25,481 bases of DNA from Promethearchaeia archaeon (GTDB taxonomy: Archaea; Asgardarchaeota; Lokiarchaeia; Sigyniarchaeales; SOKP01). Of this stretch, positions 8,547 through 17,689 are shown piece by piece. The notes beneath the pieces are model-generated. The model was given only the letters and a program-made list of their open reading frames with translations, did not search any database and was not told the DNA's origin. Numbering within the stretch: the stretch's first letter is position 1; every line of letters begins with the position of its first letter. A program made the position numbers and the translations under genes. The stretch lies in contig JAWOFX010000022.1 of assembly GCA_046497275.1 (NCBI GenBank), positions 1 through 25,481 on the forward strand, given 5' to 3'.

Positions 8547-9626
8547 CTAATTTTTCAAGTGATTCTTCAACTTTTCATTAATTAAATCACCCATTTGATC
8601 GGTGGTGAGAGTATCAAGTTTATTATTTTCAATATCAGTTGTACGCCCTTCATTAAGCGCCTCCTCAACACTTAGCTCAATATCATGAGCGATTTTTTCT
8701 TGTTTAAATGATTCTTCGAGCATTAATTTCACACTTAATATCGTCCCAATGGGATTTGCTATTTTTTTACCGGCTATATCAGGTGCAGACCCGTGAATTG
8801 GTTCATACATAGAAACTTTCCCTGGGTGAATATTACCACTAGAGACCATCCCCATGCTTCCAATTAAAAATGCTGCTTCATCACTAATAATATCTCCAAA
8901 TAGATTCCCAGTTACGACTGTCTCATAAGCATACGGTGTTCGAATTAACCATTGACAAAATGCATCTATATAGAGGTTTTCCTTTTGTATATTTGGATAG
9001 TTTTTTCCAATTTCTTCAAAAACTTCCCGCCAAAGTTGACTAGGTTTTAAAAGATTTGCTTTATCTACGGATGTTATTTTCTCATGATGATATTTTTTAG
9101 CGAATTGGAATGCGAACTCAATAATTCTTTCACATCCTTTTCGAGTATATATCATATTATTGATTGCTACTTCATTTTTCATAATTCCCCCGACATCTAC
9201 GTAAAGACCTTCAGTATTTTCTCTAACTATGGTGAAATCTATACCTTTACCAATATATTCTTCTTTTAATGGACATCTGTCTTTTAATGTGTCATATAAT
9301 TTAATGGGTCGTATATTTACATATAAATCCAAACCCTGTCGTATCCTTAATATTGCATATTCTGCTACCCCTTGTGGAAGATCGGGAAGCCCCACAGCAC
9401 CAAAAAGTAAAGCATCAGATTCTTTTATGATATTAAAAGACTTTTCTGGTAAGCTATTACCCGTTTTTTTCCAGATTTTTCCTCCTGCTGGAGCTTCTTT
9501 AAAAACAAAATTAAGATCTGAATATTCATTAATGGTCTTTAAGATTTTTACACCTTCCTCTACGACTTCAGGCCCTACTCCATCGCCCCTCGTAATAGCC
9601 AAAACCTTTTTTTCCATACTCTCCAT
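8547..9626 (-). CDS. leuB: 3-isopropylmalate dehydrogenase / beta-hydroxyacid decarboxylating dehydrogenase family
   Basis: GDGVGPEV, LRIRQGLDLYVNIRP, RENTEGLY, VDKAN, NLFGDIISD and EPIHGSAPDIAGK. Substrate specificity is not determined. Confidence 0.8.
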   Translation of the reverse strand: MESMEKKVLAITRGDGVGPEVVEEGVKILKTINEYSDLNFVFKEAPAGGKIWKKTGNSLPEKSFNIIKESDALLFGAVGLPDLPQGVAEYAILRIRQGLDLYVNIRPIKLYDTLKDRCPLKEEYIGKGIDFTIVRENTEGLYVDVGGIMKNEVAINNMIYTRKGCERIIEFAFQFAKKYHHEKITSVDKANLLKPSQLWREVFEEIGKNYPNIQKENLYIDAFCQWLIRTPYAYETVVTGNLFGDIISDEAAFLIGSMGMVSSGNIHPGKVSMYEPIHGSAPDIAGKKIANPIGTILSVKLMLEESFKQEKIAHDIELSVEEALNEGRTTDIENNKLDTLTTDQMGDLINEKLKNHLKN

Positions 9627-9743
9627 CCGTATTAAATAGTATTAATTTATTCTTGCAAATTTCAAATCCTAAAAAATTTTTTTGAAATTCTATGGTTTTA
9701 ATGCATTAACATTAAAAAGGATTATCAACCTAATTGATTTGCA

Positions 9744-10685
9744 ATGTCCATTCCTAATATAAAATCTAAATTTCTAGGAGGTATGATCGGAAGTGCACTG
9801 GGCGATTGCATAGGAGAATTAGCATTCAGATTCGGAAATAAAAAAGATCTGGTTAAAGAAATTAACAATAGGAACGTAATACAATATACTGATGATACTG
9901 CAATGGCTTTAGGAATTGCAGAAACAATAGTCTCAACCAATGGCGATTGGAACTCTCGAGATCTGGGAAAAACCTTTCATAAAAATTTTAATAAAGAACC
10001 ATATCGTGGGTATGGTCGTGGACCTCCTCAAATATTTCGGACTGTAGAAATGACGAACGAATCATATTATAAAGTCGCAAGCGAATTATTCGGGGGAAAA
10101 GGATCATTTGGTAATGGTGCTTCTATGCGAATTGCACCTTTAGGAATATTTTACTATGATCATCCAGAAATTTATAAAATCGCTAAAAAATCTGCAATTG
10201 TAACACATATACATCCATTAGGGATTGATGGCGCCGCCCTTCTTGCTAAATTAAATAGCATGTTAATTACGAGAAAACCCAAAGAATTAATTATTCAAGA
10301 AAAGCTGAATATTATAAATGATTTAATTAAGTTTTCAAAAACTAGTGAATATAGACAAAAATTAGAAAAAATTAAGGATTTAATCATTAACAATGAGAGA
10401 TTGATTACAGCAGAGCGAATCCTTGGTTCAGATGTTTTAGCTTATACTTCAGTTCCGTTTAGTATTTTTGCATTTTTAAATAATCCCGAATCATATAGAA
10501 CGAATTTATTAGAAACTGTTTTAATATCAAAAGATAGAGATACAGTAGGAGCTATGGTTGGGGGCTTATTAGGATCCTACTTAGGTATAGAGTTCATTCC
10601 GGATGAATGGATTCAAAGACTTGAAAATAAGGATTATATTGAACAGTTAGGACTGAAGCTTTTTGATTTAAAAAATTTAAAATAG
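9744..10685 (+). CDS. ADP-ribosylglycohydrolase family protein (DraG/ARH3-like)
   Basis: GSALGD, YTDDTAM (intact metal-binding TDD), SFGNGASMRIAP, TH.HP and DRDTVGAMVG. Confidence 0.92.
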   Translation: MSIPNIKSKFLGGMIGSALGDCIGELAFRFGNKKDLVKEINNRNVIQYTDDTAMALGIAETIVSTNGDWNSRDLGKTFHKNFNKEPYRGYGRGPPQIFRTVEMTNESYYKVASELFGGKGSFGNGASMRIAPLGIFYYDHPEIYKIAKKSAIVTHIHPLGIDGAALLAKLNSMLITRKPKELIIQEKLNIINDLIKFSKTSEYRQKLEKIKDLIINNERLITAERILGSDVLAYTSVPFSIFAFLNNPESYRTNLLETVLISKDRDTVGAMVGGLLGSYLGIEFIPDEWIQRLENKDYIEQLGLKLFDLKNLK

Positions 10686-10723
10686 TTTTAGGTTTAATAG
10701 GAACAATCTTTTAATATATCACT

Positions 10724-12262
10724 ATGAAAGAAATTATTTTCTACGGTGATGATGCTTTTTTTTATGAATTTCCTGAAGATATTGATATTTACTACGCTAA
10801 ACCTCCTATCACTCCTATTAAAAATCAGGAATTGGCAATCGAACATGCAATTAAAAACCCTATAAACTCACCAAAATTACAAGATTTGATTAATTCTAAT
10901 TCTACTATTGCAATCTGTTTTGACGATATAAGCGTCCCCTTACCTCCTATGAAAAATGAAATTAGAAAAATAGCCGCTGAGATTGTTTTAAAAATTCTTA
11001 AAGAGATTGGTGTTAAAGATGAAAATTTATATTTTTTATGTGCTACTGGTTTACACAGAAAATGTAAACCTAAAGAATTAAAATATCTTTTAGGTAAAAA
11101 ATTATACCGTAAGTATAAAGATCGCATATTTAATCATGATGCAGAAGATAAAATTAACTTAAAAACTCTTGGAAAAACTCAAGAGGGAGATAAAATACAG
11201 ATTAATAAATTAGCAACTGATGCAGATCTTATTATATATCTGAATATTAGTTTTGTACCATTAAATGGTGGTTGGAAGTCTATAATAGTTGGATTAGGAA
11301 GTTATAATACCATCATTCCTCATCACTCACCTCAAACGCTTAGGCAGGGATCATATATGGATCCGGAATCATCAGAATTACACCATATTATCTGGGAGAT
11401 GGGAGATCTTATTAAAGATAAGCTTAAAGTGTTTACAATTGAAATGGTTATCAATAATAATTTCTATAGTGGGATATATAAAAGAATATATAAACCACTT
11501 AAATCTACTCAGAGAAAACCATCTTTATGGAGGGGATTAGCGCTTACAACGTTAAAAGCCTTACCAAAATTTATAAAAGCATATGTTAGGAAAAATCTTA
11601 AAGCGAATTACGAACTGATAGATGTTTTTGCTGGAGATATTGAGGAAACTCATAAAAAATCATTAGAACTTATGAATACTCAATTAAATGTCGAAATTTC
11701 AAAAAAATATGATATTATCATATATGGAGTCCCTAATCTTACTCCCTATAATGTAGGTTCTGAAATGAATCCATTACTGCTACATAATCTTGTTTCTGGA
11801 TATCTTTTTAATATGCATCAAGGAGAATCCCCTTTAAAAAACAACGGCACTTTAATTATTTCAAATCCAGCGTATGAAAAATTTGATTCTGAACAACATG
11901 TTTCTTATAAAGATTTTTATTATGATATTATGACTAAAAATCATGATATTTTTAATTTAAAAGAAGTTGAATATGAATATTTGGATAATAAGAAATATAT
12001 TGAAAAATACAGAAATCAATATGCCTACCATCCAGTTCATGCTCCCATTGTATATTATTGGGGTGTAAGGGGACTCTTGAAAATCGAAAATATTATAGTT
12101 GCTGGGGCTAAAAATAAAGATGTGTTAAAAGTCTTAGGATATGAATATGCAGAAAATTTAGATGAAGCTATTGAAAATGCCAAAAGGCGGTATCCTAATA
12201 ACTGTTCAATTGCATATTTCTGCATTCCGCCACTATTCATAGCAAAATTAATTAAAAATTGA
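10724..12262 (+). CDS. LarA-like (DUF2088, nickel-pincer nucleotide superfamily) racemase/epimerase, long divergent subtype
   Basis: P(I)NSPKL, FDDISVP, ATGLHR, NHDA, GGWKS, PHHS, plus a C-terminal LarA-like domain. Confidence 0.82.
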   Translation: MKEIIFYGDDAFFYEFPEDIDIYYAKPPITPIKNQELAIEHAIKNPINSPKLQDLINSNSTIAICFDDISVPLPPMKNEIRKIAAEIVLKILKEIGVKDENLYFLCATGLHRKCKPKELKYLLGKKLYRKYKDRIFNHDAEDKINLKTLGKTQEGDKIQINKLATDADLIIYLNISFVPLNGGWKSIIVGLGSYNTIIPHHSPQTLRQGSYMDPESSELHHIIWEMGDLIKDKLKVFTIEMVINNNFYSGIYKRIYKPLKSTQRKPSLWRGLALTTLKALPKFIKAYVRKNLKANYELIDVFAGDIEETHKKSLELMNTQLNVEISKKYDIIIYGVPNLTPYNVGSEMNPLLLHNLVSGYLFNMHQGESPLKNNGTLIISNPAYEKFDSEQHVSYKDFYYDIMTKNHDIFNLKEVEYEYLDNKKYIEKYRNQYAYHPVHAPIVYYWGVRGLLKIENIIVAGAKNKDVLKVLGYEYAENLDEAIENAKRRYPNNCSIAYFCIPPLFIAKLIKN

Positions 12263-12277
12263 TTATTGATTAATCAG

Positions 12278-15169
12278 ATGGATAAAAAACAATTACTAAA
12301 AAAGCTTGGACACTATTCTGGGAATCGACGATTAGATGTTTCTAATTGTCAAGAACCTCGATTTGATGATGAAGAGACAAAGATAAAATGGATAGAAGGA
12401 GAACGTGAAGTAAGAATAAAAAGAAAGTTAAAGCGATGGCGCAATAACATTTTGAAAACAATTAAACCAAAAAATTTAACTATTCATCTCGTTGGACAAT
12501 CTCATATTGATTGTGCATGGATGTGGCGCTATGAACAGACTCGCAAAAAATCGCAAGTAACCTTCAGTAAAGCAATATTTCATTCCAATATATTCCCTAA
12601 TAAATTCTTATTCGCGCTAAGTCAACCAATACTCCTCGAATGGATAAAAGAAGATAATCCAGAATTATTTCATAAGATCCAAGAAAAAGTCAATAATAAA
12701 AATATAGAACTTGTTGGGGGCTCTTATGTAGAACCAGATTGTATGATGCCTTCTGGTGAAGCTATGATAAGACAGCGCTTATATGGAATGAGATTTTATA
12801 AAAAATATTTTAAAAAATTGCCTAAAGTAGAATGGTTCCTTGATTCTTTTGGCTTTAATTATGGGCTCCCCCAAATACTCGCAAAATCTGGAGCGAAATA
12901 CTTTTGGACTAGTAAAATGACTTGGAATAGAGAAACTACATTTCCATTTGTTCATTTCTGGTGGAAAGGTGCTGATGGGACTCAATTATTAGCTGCGAAC
13001 TTTCATTATGATCCACAGGTATTAGAAACATGGGAGGAATATGAAATAGGACGGCATCTTTTAAAACCAAACGGGAAAAAAGAATGGAAGTATTCTGATG
13101 ATTACTCTTTATTAAAAAATCATGTTCAAGAAAATGAAATATGTCCTCATGTTGGGTTCTTCTTTGGACAAAGTGATGGAGGTCATGGCCCAACTCATCG
13201 CGAAGTTGCTGAAGCGAATAAACTCTCTGAGTTAACTTGGTTTAAATGGAGTCGTGTAGAAAATTTTTTCAAAGAACTTGAGTATTATTCAGATGATTTT
13301 CCAGTATGGAATGATGAATTATATTTGGAATTTCATAGAGGGTGTTTCTCTAATCATGGACAAGTAAAAAGATACAATCGAAAATATGAAAATTTACTCC
13401 CAAGTCTTGAAAAATTAGCAGTATTAATTTCGTTAATGTTTCCTGATTATAAATATCCTCAAAAAGAGATTGAGAATTTATGGAAAATTACTCTCAAGAA
13501 TCAATTCCATGATGTTTTACCGGGTAGTTCAATTCCTGAAGTCTATGACGATTGTTGGGAAGATTGGAATATTCAAAATAGTATGGTTAATGAAGTAATC
13601 AGTAAGTTAGGAAAATTATATTCAACCGAACAGTCTCAGAGAATAAATAATCCTTCAAAAAAAGTAATATTATTCAACTCTTTGAGTTGGAATAGAACCG
13701 CACGAGTTTTTATTCCAATTGATATTTTTGATGAAAAAATTAAGTTTGATGATAAAGAAAAACCACCATATGCTAAATTCATTATTTTAAATGAAAATAA
13801 AAAGGAATACATTTGTCAACCCGTTTCAGCTGAGGATCCTAACACTATTGATCCCAAACCCGCTGGATGGTGGATGGTACTAGAAATAGAAAAATTAAGT
13901 ATAATACCTGGTGAAATTCAATTAATTCAAGATCAAGAAATTCATAAAATATATGGTACCAGTAAAAGCCAATTGGAAGCATCATCTACTACCTTAAAAA
14001 ATGGAGATATAAATTTAGAAATTGATCCCTCGACTGGTGCTCTTTTGAAACTCTCTTCACGGAAAATTAATAGCAAGAAAAACTTAATCAAGGGTGATTC
14101 TTCAAATTTGACATTTGGATTTTTTGATGATGTTCCTATTCAATATCACGCCTGGAATCTAACTCCAGAATATTGGAATCAACCAATTGAATTATCAAAT
14201 GAAAAGAATGTCGAAATTATACTCTCTGAAAACGGGCCGATATTTAACACTATTCAAATTAAAAGAAAACTAGGAAAAAATCCAGTAATCCAAAAACTAA
14301 CCCTCTTTAAAGACTCTCCTCTCCTTTATTTGGATTATATGGCAGATTGGAACCAAAAAAATATAATGTTAAAAGTTAAATATAGTCCCAATTTAGCTGC
14401 TGAAGAAGTCATTGCTGATGGAATGTATTGCGCAGTTTCTGCTAAAATGAATCCGGAAACTCCTTGCGATAAAGCCAGATTCGAGAAAATTTGTCATAAA
14501 TATTTTGATGTTAGTACTCCGGAAAAAAGCTGGGGGATGGCACTTATAAATGAAGATAAATATGCGTTCGATGTTAGAGATGGAGATATGAATTTAACAA
14601 TGCTACGAGCATGCAAATATCCAGAAACTGCTCCTGAAGCATGGGTTAATAAAGAGAGAGAATTGAATGAGAAATATTTTTCCCATAGAGTTCCCGAATA
14701 TAGCGGACTAGGTCCTTTTAGCTGTCGTTATGCATTATTCCCTCATAAAGGTAGCGCTTTAAAAAATTCTGATGGTTCTCCAAATGTGGTGGTAAATCAG
14801 AAAGCTGAGGAATTCAATAATCCCATCATGGTCATTCATGTAGAGAAAAATATCAATTTGGATAACAAAATTTTTAAAAGGGACATATCTATAGAATTAA
14901 CACCTGAAAATGTGTTTTTAAAAGTCATGAAAGAAGAGGAGTGGGATCAAGATAATTCAATTATCTTAAGATTTCATGAAGTTTGTGGAATTTCTTCAAA
15001 AACAAAAGTTAAATTTGGAAATATCATTACTCAGAAATTTTCTTCGATATCATCAATAGATCTTTTAGAAAGAACTGTTGAGAAGGAGTATATTTGGGAT
15101 GAAATAAAAAAAGTGTTAAAATTTGAAATTGGAAAATTTGAGATTGTGTCCTTTAAATTAACTATATAG
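12278..15169 (+). CDS. Glycoside hydrolase family 38 alpha-mannosidase
   Basis: QSHIDCAWMW (Zn ligands), WFLDSFG (nucleophile Asp), GQSDGGHGP, ELYLEFHRG and NQFHDVLPGSSI. The ORF track starts at TTG 12266; ATG 12278 is also plausible. Confidence 0.93.
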   Translation: MDKKQLLKKLGHYSGNRRLDVSNCQEPRFDDEETKIKWIEGEREVRIKRKLKRWRNNILKTIKPKNLTIHLVGQSHIDCAWMWRYEQTRKKSQVTFSKAIFHSNIFPNKFLFALSQPILLEWIKEDNPELFHKIQEKVNNKNIELVGGSYVEPDCMMPSGEAMIRQRLYGMRFYKKYFKKLPKVEWFLDSFGFNYGLPQILAKSGAKYFWTSKMTWNRETTFPFVHFWWKGADGTQLLAANFHYDPQVLETWEEYEIGRHLLKPNGKKEWKYSDDYSLLKNHVQENEICPHVGFFFGQSDGGHGPTHREVAEANKLSELTWFKWSRVENFFKELEYYSDDFPVWNDELYLEFHRGCFSNHGQVKRYNRKYENLLPSLEKLAVLISLMFPDYKYPQKEIENLWKITLKNQFHDVLPGSSIPEVYDDCWEDWNIQNSMVNEVISKLGKLYSTEQSQRINNPSKKVILFNSLSWNRTARVFIPIDIFDEKIKFDDKEKPPYAKFIILNENKKEYICQPVSAEDPNTIDPKPAGWWMVLEIEKLSIIPGEIQLIQDQEIHKIYGTSKSQLEASSTTLKNGDINLEIDPSTGALLKLSSRKINSKKNLIKGDSSNLTFGFFDDVPIQYHAWNLTPEYWNQPIELSNEKNVEIILSENGPIFNTIQIKRKLGKNPVIQKLTLFKDSPLLYLDYMADWNQKNIMLKVKYSPNLAAEEVIADGMYCAVSAKMNPETPCDKARFEKICHKYFDVSTPEKSWGMALINEDKYAFDVRDGDMNLTMLRACKYPETAPEAWVNKERELNEKYFSHRVPEYSGLGPFSCRYALFPHKGSALKNSDGSPNVVVNQKAEEFNNPIMVIHVEKNINLDNKIFKRDISIELTPENVFLKVMKEEEWDQDNSIILRFHEVCGISSKTKVKFGNIITQKFSSISSIDLLERTVEKEYIWDEIKKVLKFEIGKFEIVSFKLTI

Positions 15170-15232
15170 AAATGCGTGAAGAATTACCAATATAACTGTT
15201 CCTCCTAAATATAAAAACCCGCCAATAATCAT
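15158..15232 (-). pseudogene. 3'-terminal remnant of a paralog of the adjacent membrane-protein gene
   Basis: Translates as MIIGGFLYLGGTVILVILHAFLYS*, versus IIIGGFLYIMGSFLWFIYLLT* at the end of ORF 15363-15956. DNA 15209-15232 matches 15405-15428 at 22/24. Confidence 0.6.
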
Positions 15233-15270
15233 TTAAAAATCTTTTTCTTAACTGAATACTTTTGAAAGGT

Positions 15271-15305
15271 TTGAAATTGGAAAATTTAAAATTGTATTCT
15301 TTAAA
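15271..15305 (+). repeat. Degenerate direct copy of the GH38 gene 3' end (15123-15157)
   Basis: ttgaaattggaaaatttaaaattgtattctttaaa versus ttgaaattggaaaatttgagattgtgtcctttaaa, 31/35 identical. Confidence 0.8.
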
Positions 15306-15362
15306 GAAAATTTATCAAGATTTAATACTTCTTAATTTTTTATAATTTTTTTGACAACTTGA

Positions 15363-15956
15363 TCAAGTTAATAGATAAATAAACCATAGAAATGAACCCA
15401 TTATATATAAAAACCCACCAATAATGATATAATTATCTTTATTATGAAATCCATGAATAACTAAAAATATTATTGCAATAATAACGATAAGTGTAGAAAT
15501 TAGGCTTTTCTTCTTAGAATCTAATAATATGAAAAAATCAACAGAAAACCAATCTATCATGATATTTAGCAAAAGCATTAAGATTAATTCTATAAGTAAT
15601 AAAATTGAAGTAATCAGGAGGAAAAATCTGAATCTAATTGTATTATTGGCTGAGAAAATAATAAAAAAAATCAGACCAATTAAAGTTAATCCAAATTGAA
15701 TTATAGCAAGAAATATAATTTCAACATTATTAAAAATAAAGTTAATAGGCATGATATATTCAGTACCAACAGTAAAAATAAATCCTAACACAGAACTAAG
15801 TGCACCAAAGATACCATATATGAACAGGTAATTAGGAGTCTTAATATTGTCCTTTTGCTTACTAGATGATACAATTATCATAATATAATAAGCGGTTAGG
15901 AATAATTGTACCCAGCCTGTTATCTGCCAGAGAATTATATTAGTTTCTTCATACAT
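15363..15956 (-). CDS. Hypothetical ~6-TM membrane protein
   Basis: 197-aa ATG-initiated ORF made almost entirely of hydrophobic helices. No family was recognised. Confidence 0.75.
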   Translation of the reverse strand: MYEETNIILWQITGWVQLFLTAYYIMIIVSSSKQKDNIKTPNYLFIYGIFGALSSVLGFIFTVGTEYIMPINFIFNNVEIIFLAIIQFGLTLIGLIFFIIFSANNTIRFRFFLLITSILLLIELILMLLLNIMIDWFSVDFFILLDSKKKSLISTLIVIIAIIFLVIHGFHNKDNYIIIGGFLYIMGSFLWFIYLLT

Positions 15957-16450
15957 GGGCTAGTCTCACTTAAGATTAAATCAATTTGATTATCAAAATT
16001 TTATAAATTAACCTTTTTATCATAATTTAACAAAGAATAAACTAATTAAATCTTCGTATTTTCCATTTTTTATCTAATAGTTTTTTATAGGAACTTCCCC
16101 TCAATTTTTAAGGTTGGCTTGATATATTGATATAATAGTTTTCCTTTTAGCTTGTAAGGTTATAAAAATATTTAAATGGAGAAAAACTAAGCTAAACCTC
16201 AAATTTCCATTTATTATAGGTAAAATATGAAAGCGTCAGAGATCTAATTGAAATATTTACTGTTATTTTTCTTTTATACTATTAAGAATATTAGAGTGTT
16301 ATAATCTCTCTCATCTGTTCATTTATATAAAAATCTCATGGGAGAGGGCTCAGAGGGTACCTCCCGACTTTTCTTCTGGGACTTCAATTTTTTGTCGATC
16401 AAGCGAAATTTATCAATTTATTAACCCCATTATAAATTTTGGAAGATTTA

Positions 16451-16466
16451 ACGCAATCTTTAAATA
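16451..16466 (+). promoter_or_regulatory. Candidate BRE-TATA promoter of the histone gene
   Basis: ACGCAA-tc-TTTAAATA about 105 nt upstream of the ATG. A GGAGGA Shine-Dalgarno-like site sits at 16554-16559. Confidence 0.4.
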
Positions 16467-16569
16467 TTTGAATTGGATATTATTAGTTAAAGAAGTTTAT
16501 TGAAAAATTTGTAAACTTCCGAAAATTAAAAATTGTTAAAAAAACAAATAAGTGGAGGAATGAAAAAAA

Positions 16570-16782
16570 ATGGCTAAAAAAGTATTTGCCTGGTCACCAA
16601 TTCGAAAGTTAATGAAAGATAATGGCGCAGAAATGGTAGCCCGCGACGCTGTAGATGCCCTAATTGATTATTTAGAAAAGCTAGCTAAAGCTATGACGAA
16701 TAAAGCTCTTGAGATGACCAGACATGCTGGAAGAAAGAAATTAACAATCGAAGATATGAATATGGCAATAGATTTATCCTAA
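16570..16782 (+). CDS. Archaeal histone (HMf-type fold, no tail)
   Basis: Aligns ungapped to HMfB: SPIRKLMKDNGAEMVARDA...ALEMTRHAGRKKLTIEDM, with G16, H49, R52 and D59 equivalents conserved. Confidence 0.93.
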   Translation: MAKKVFAWSPIRKLMKDNGAEMVARDAVDALIDYLEKLAKAMTNKALEMTRHAGRKKLTIEDMNMAIDLS

Positions 16783-16800
16783 AAAATATTTATCATCAAT

Positions 16801-16840
16801 TTCTTTAATTTTTTTTTATTTTTTTTTATTATTTTTATTT
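16801..16840 (+). terminator. Oligo-T terminator after the histone gene
   Basis: Two T9 runs plus further T tracts beginning within 30 nt of the stop codon. Confidence 0.65.
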
Positions 16841-17673
16841 CTAAAACTTGTCCTCTCATATTAATAGAATTTTTAAAAATAATGTATTCTAGCATTTTTG
16901 TGAATTGGTCGGTCTATTCATTACATAATCTAAAAATTGTAAATCGTTTGGAATTTATGGAACCTTCTTTAAAAACACCGAATTTCAAGGGTTCAGTCCA
17001 AAGAAGGTAGAAATCAATATAAAAAAGTTAAGATCGTGTTTTCAAACTAAATCTTAGTTTAACAAAATCTGGATATTCGTAGTGCAAACTCTTGCCTTTT
17101 TCATGAAATTAGATTTTAAATATAGATCTATTGAAAAAGCGATGAATATAGGGTATATTTTAAGAAAATCTAGATGATTATTCCAGCTATCAAATTCCCT
17201 AATGTATTCATAGAGGCAAAATTAATGACTGTTTCAGAAGCAACATTAATAAGCCCAACTAAAATGCTTAAATTTTCAATAGACAGAATTATGATTCTTG
17301 TAAGGATGATTACATAAGAACTTAATTTTAAAAGTCTAAAAAAATTTTTAGAAGTCGACTTATCAATGCTTTCTTTTCGTTTCCAACGATTTACTTGCTA
17401 CTTTATCACATGATAAATCACATAACCAATTATGATTGCTAATCCAGATTTGATAAATCGTGGCAGATTTTTAGGTATCAATTTAATTAACTTAAAGAAA
17501 AAATTTATAATTTCTTTCTTCAACTCTAAAATTTATAGCTTAATAAAATATTTATTTTATATCCAAATTTACATTGACTTATTCTTTCTTAAAAATTAAT
17601 CATTTAAATTTAAAGACTTAAAAGATCATCAAAATCATCCATTAAAGTCATCTAAATCAAAAGAAAAATTAGG

Positions 17674-17685
17674 AAAAAAAAAAAA
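17674..17685 (-). terminator. Oligo-T terminator after the 17690-18121 gene
   Basis: A12 on the plus strand (U12 in the transcript) 4 nt past the stop codon. Confidence 0.55.
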
Positions 17686-17689
17686 GAAT

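Noticed and set aside
16900-17330. Short open stretches on the minus strand (e.g. YVIILTRIIILSIENLSILVGLINV...) suggesting a decayed membrane gene
   Set aside because: No start, no recognisable family, and hydrophobic translations are common in AT-rich DNA.
15957-17689. Replication origin in the long intergenic regions around the histone gene
   Set aside because: No ORB/mini-ORB repeats with G-strings and no cdc6/orc1 gene in the window.
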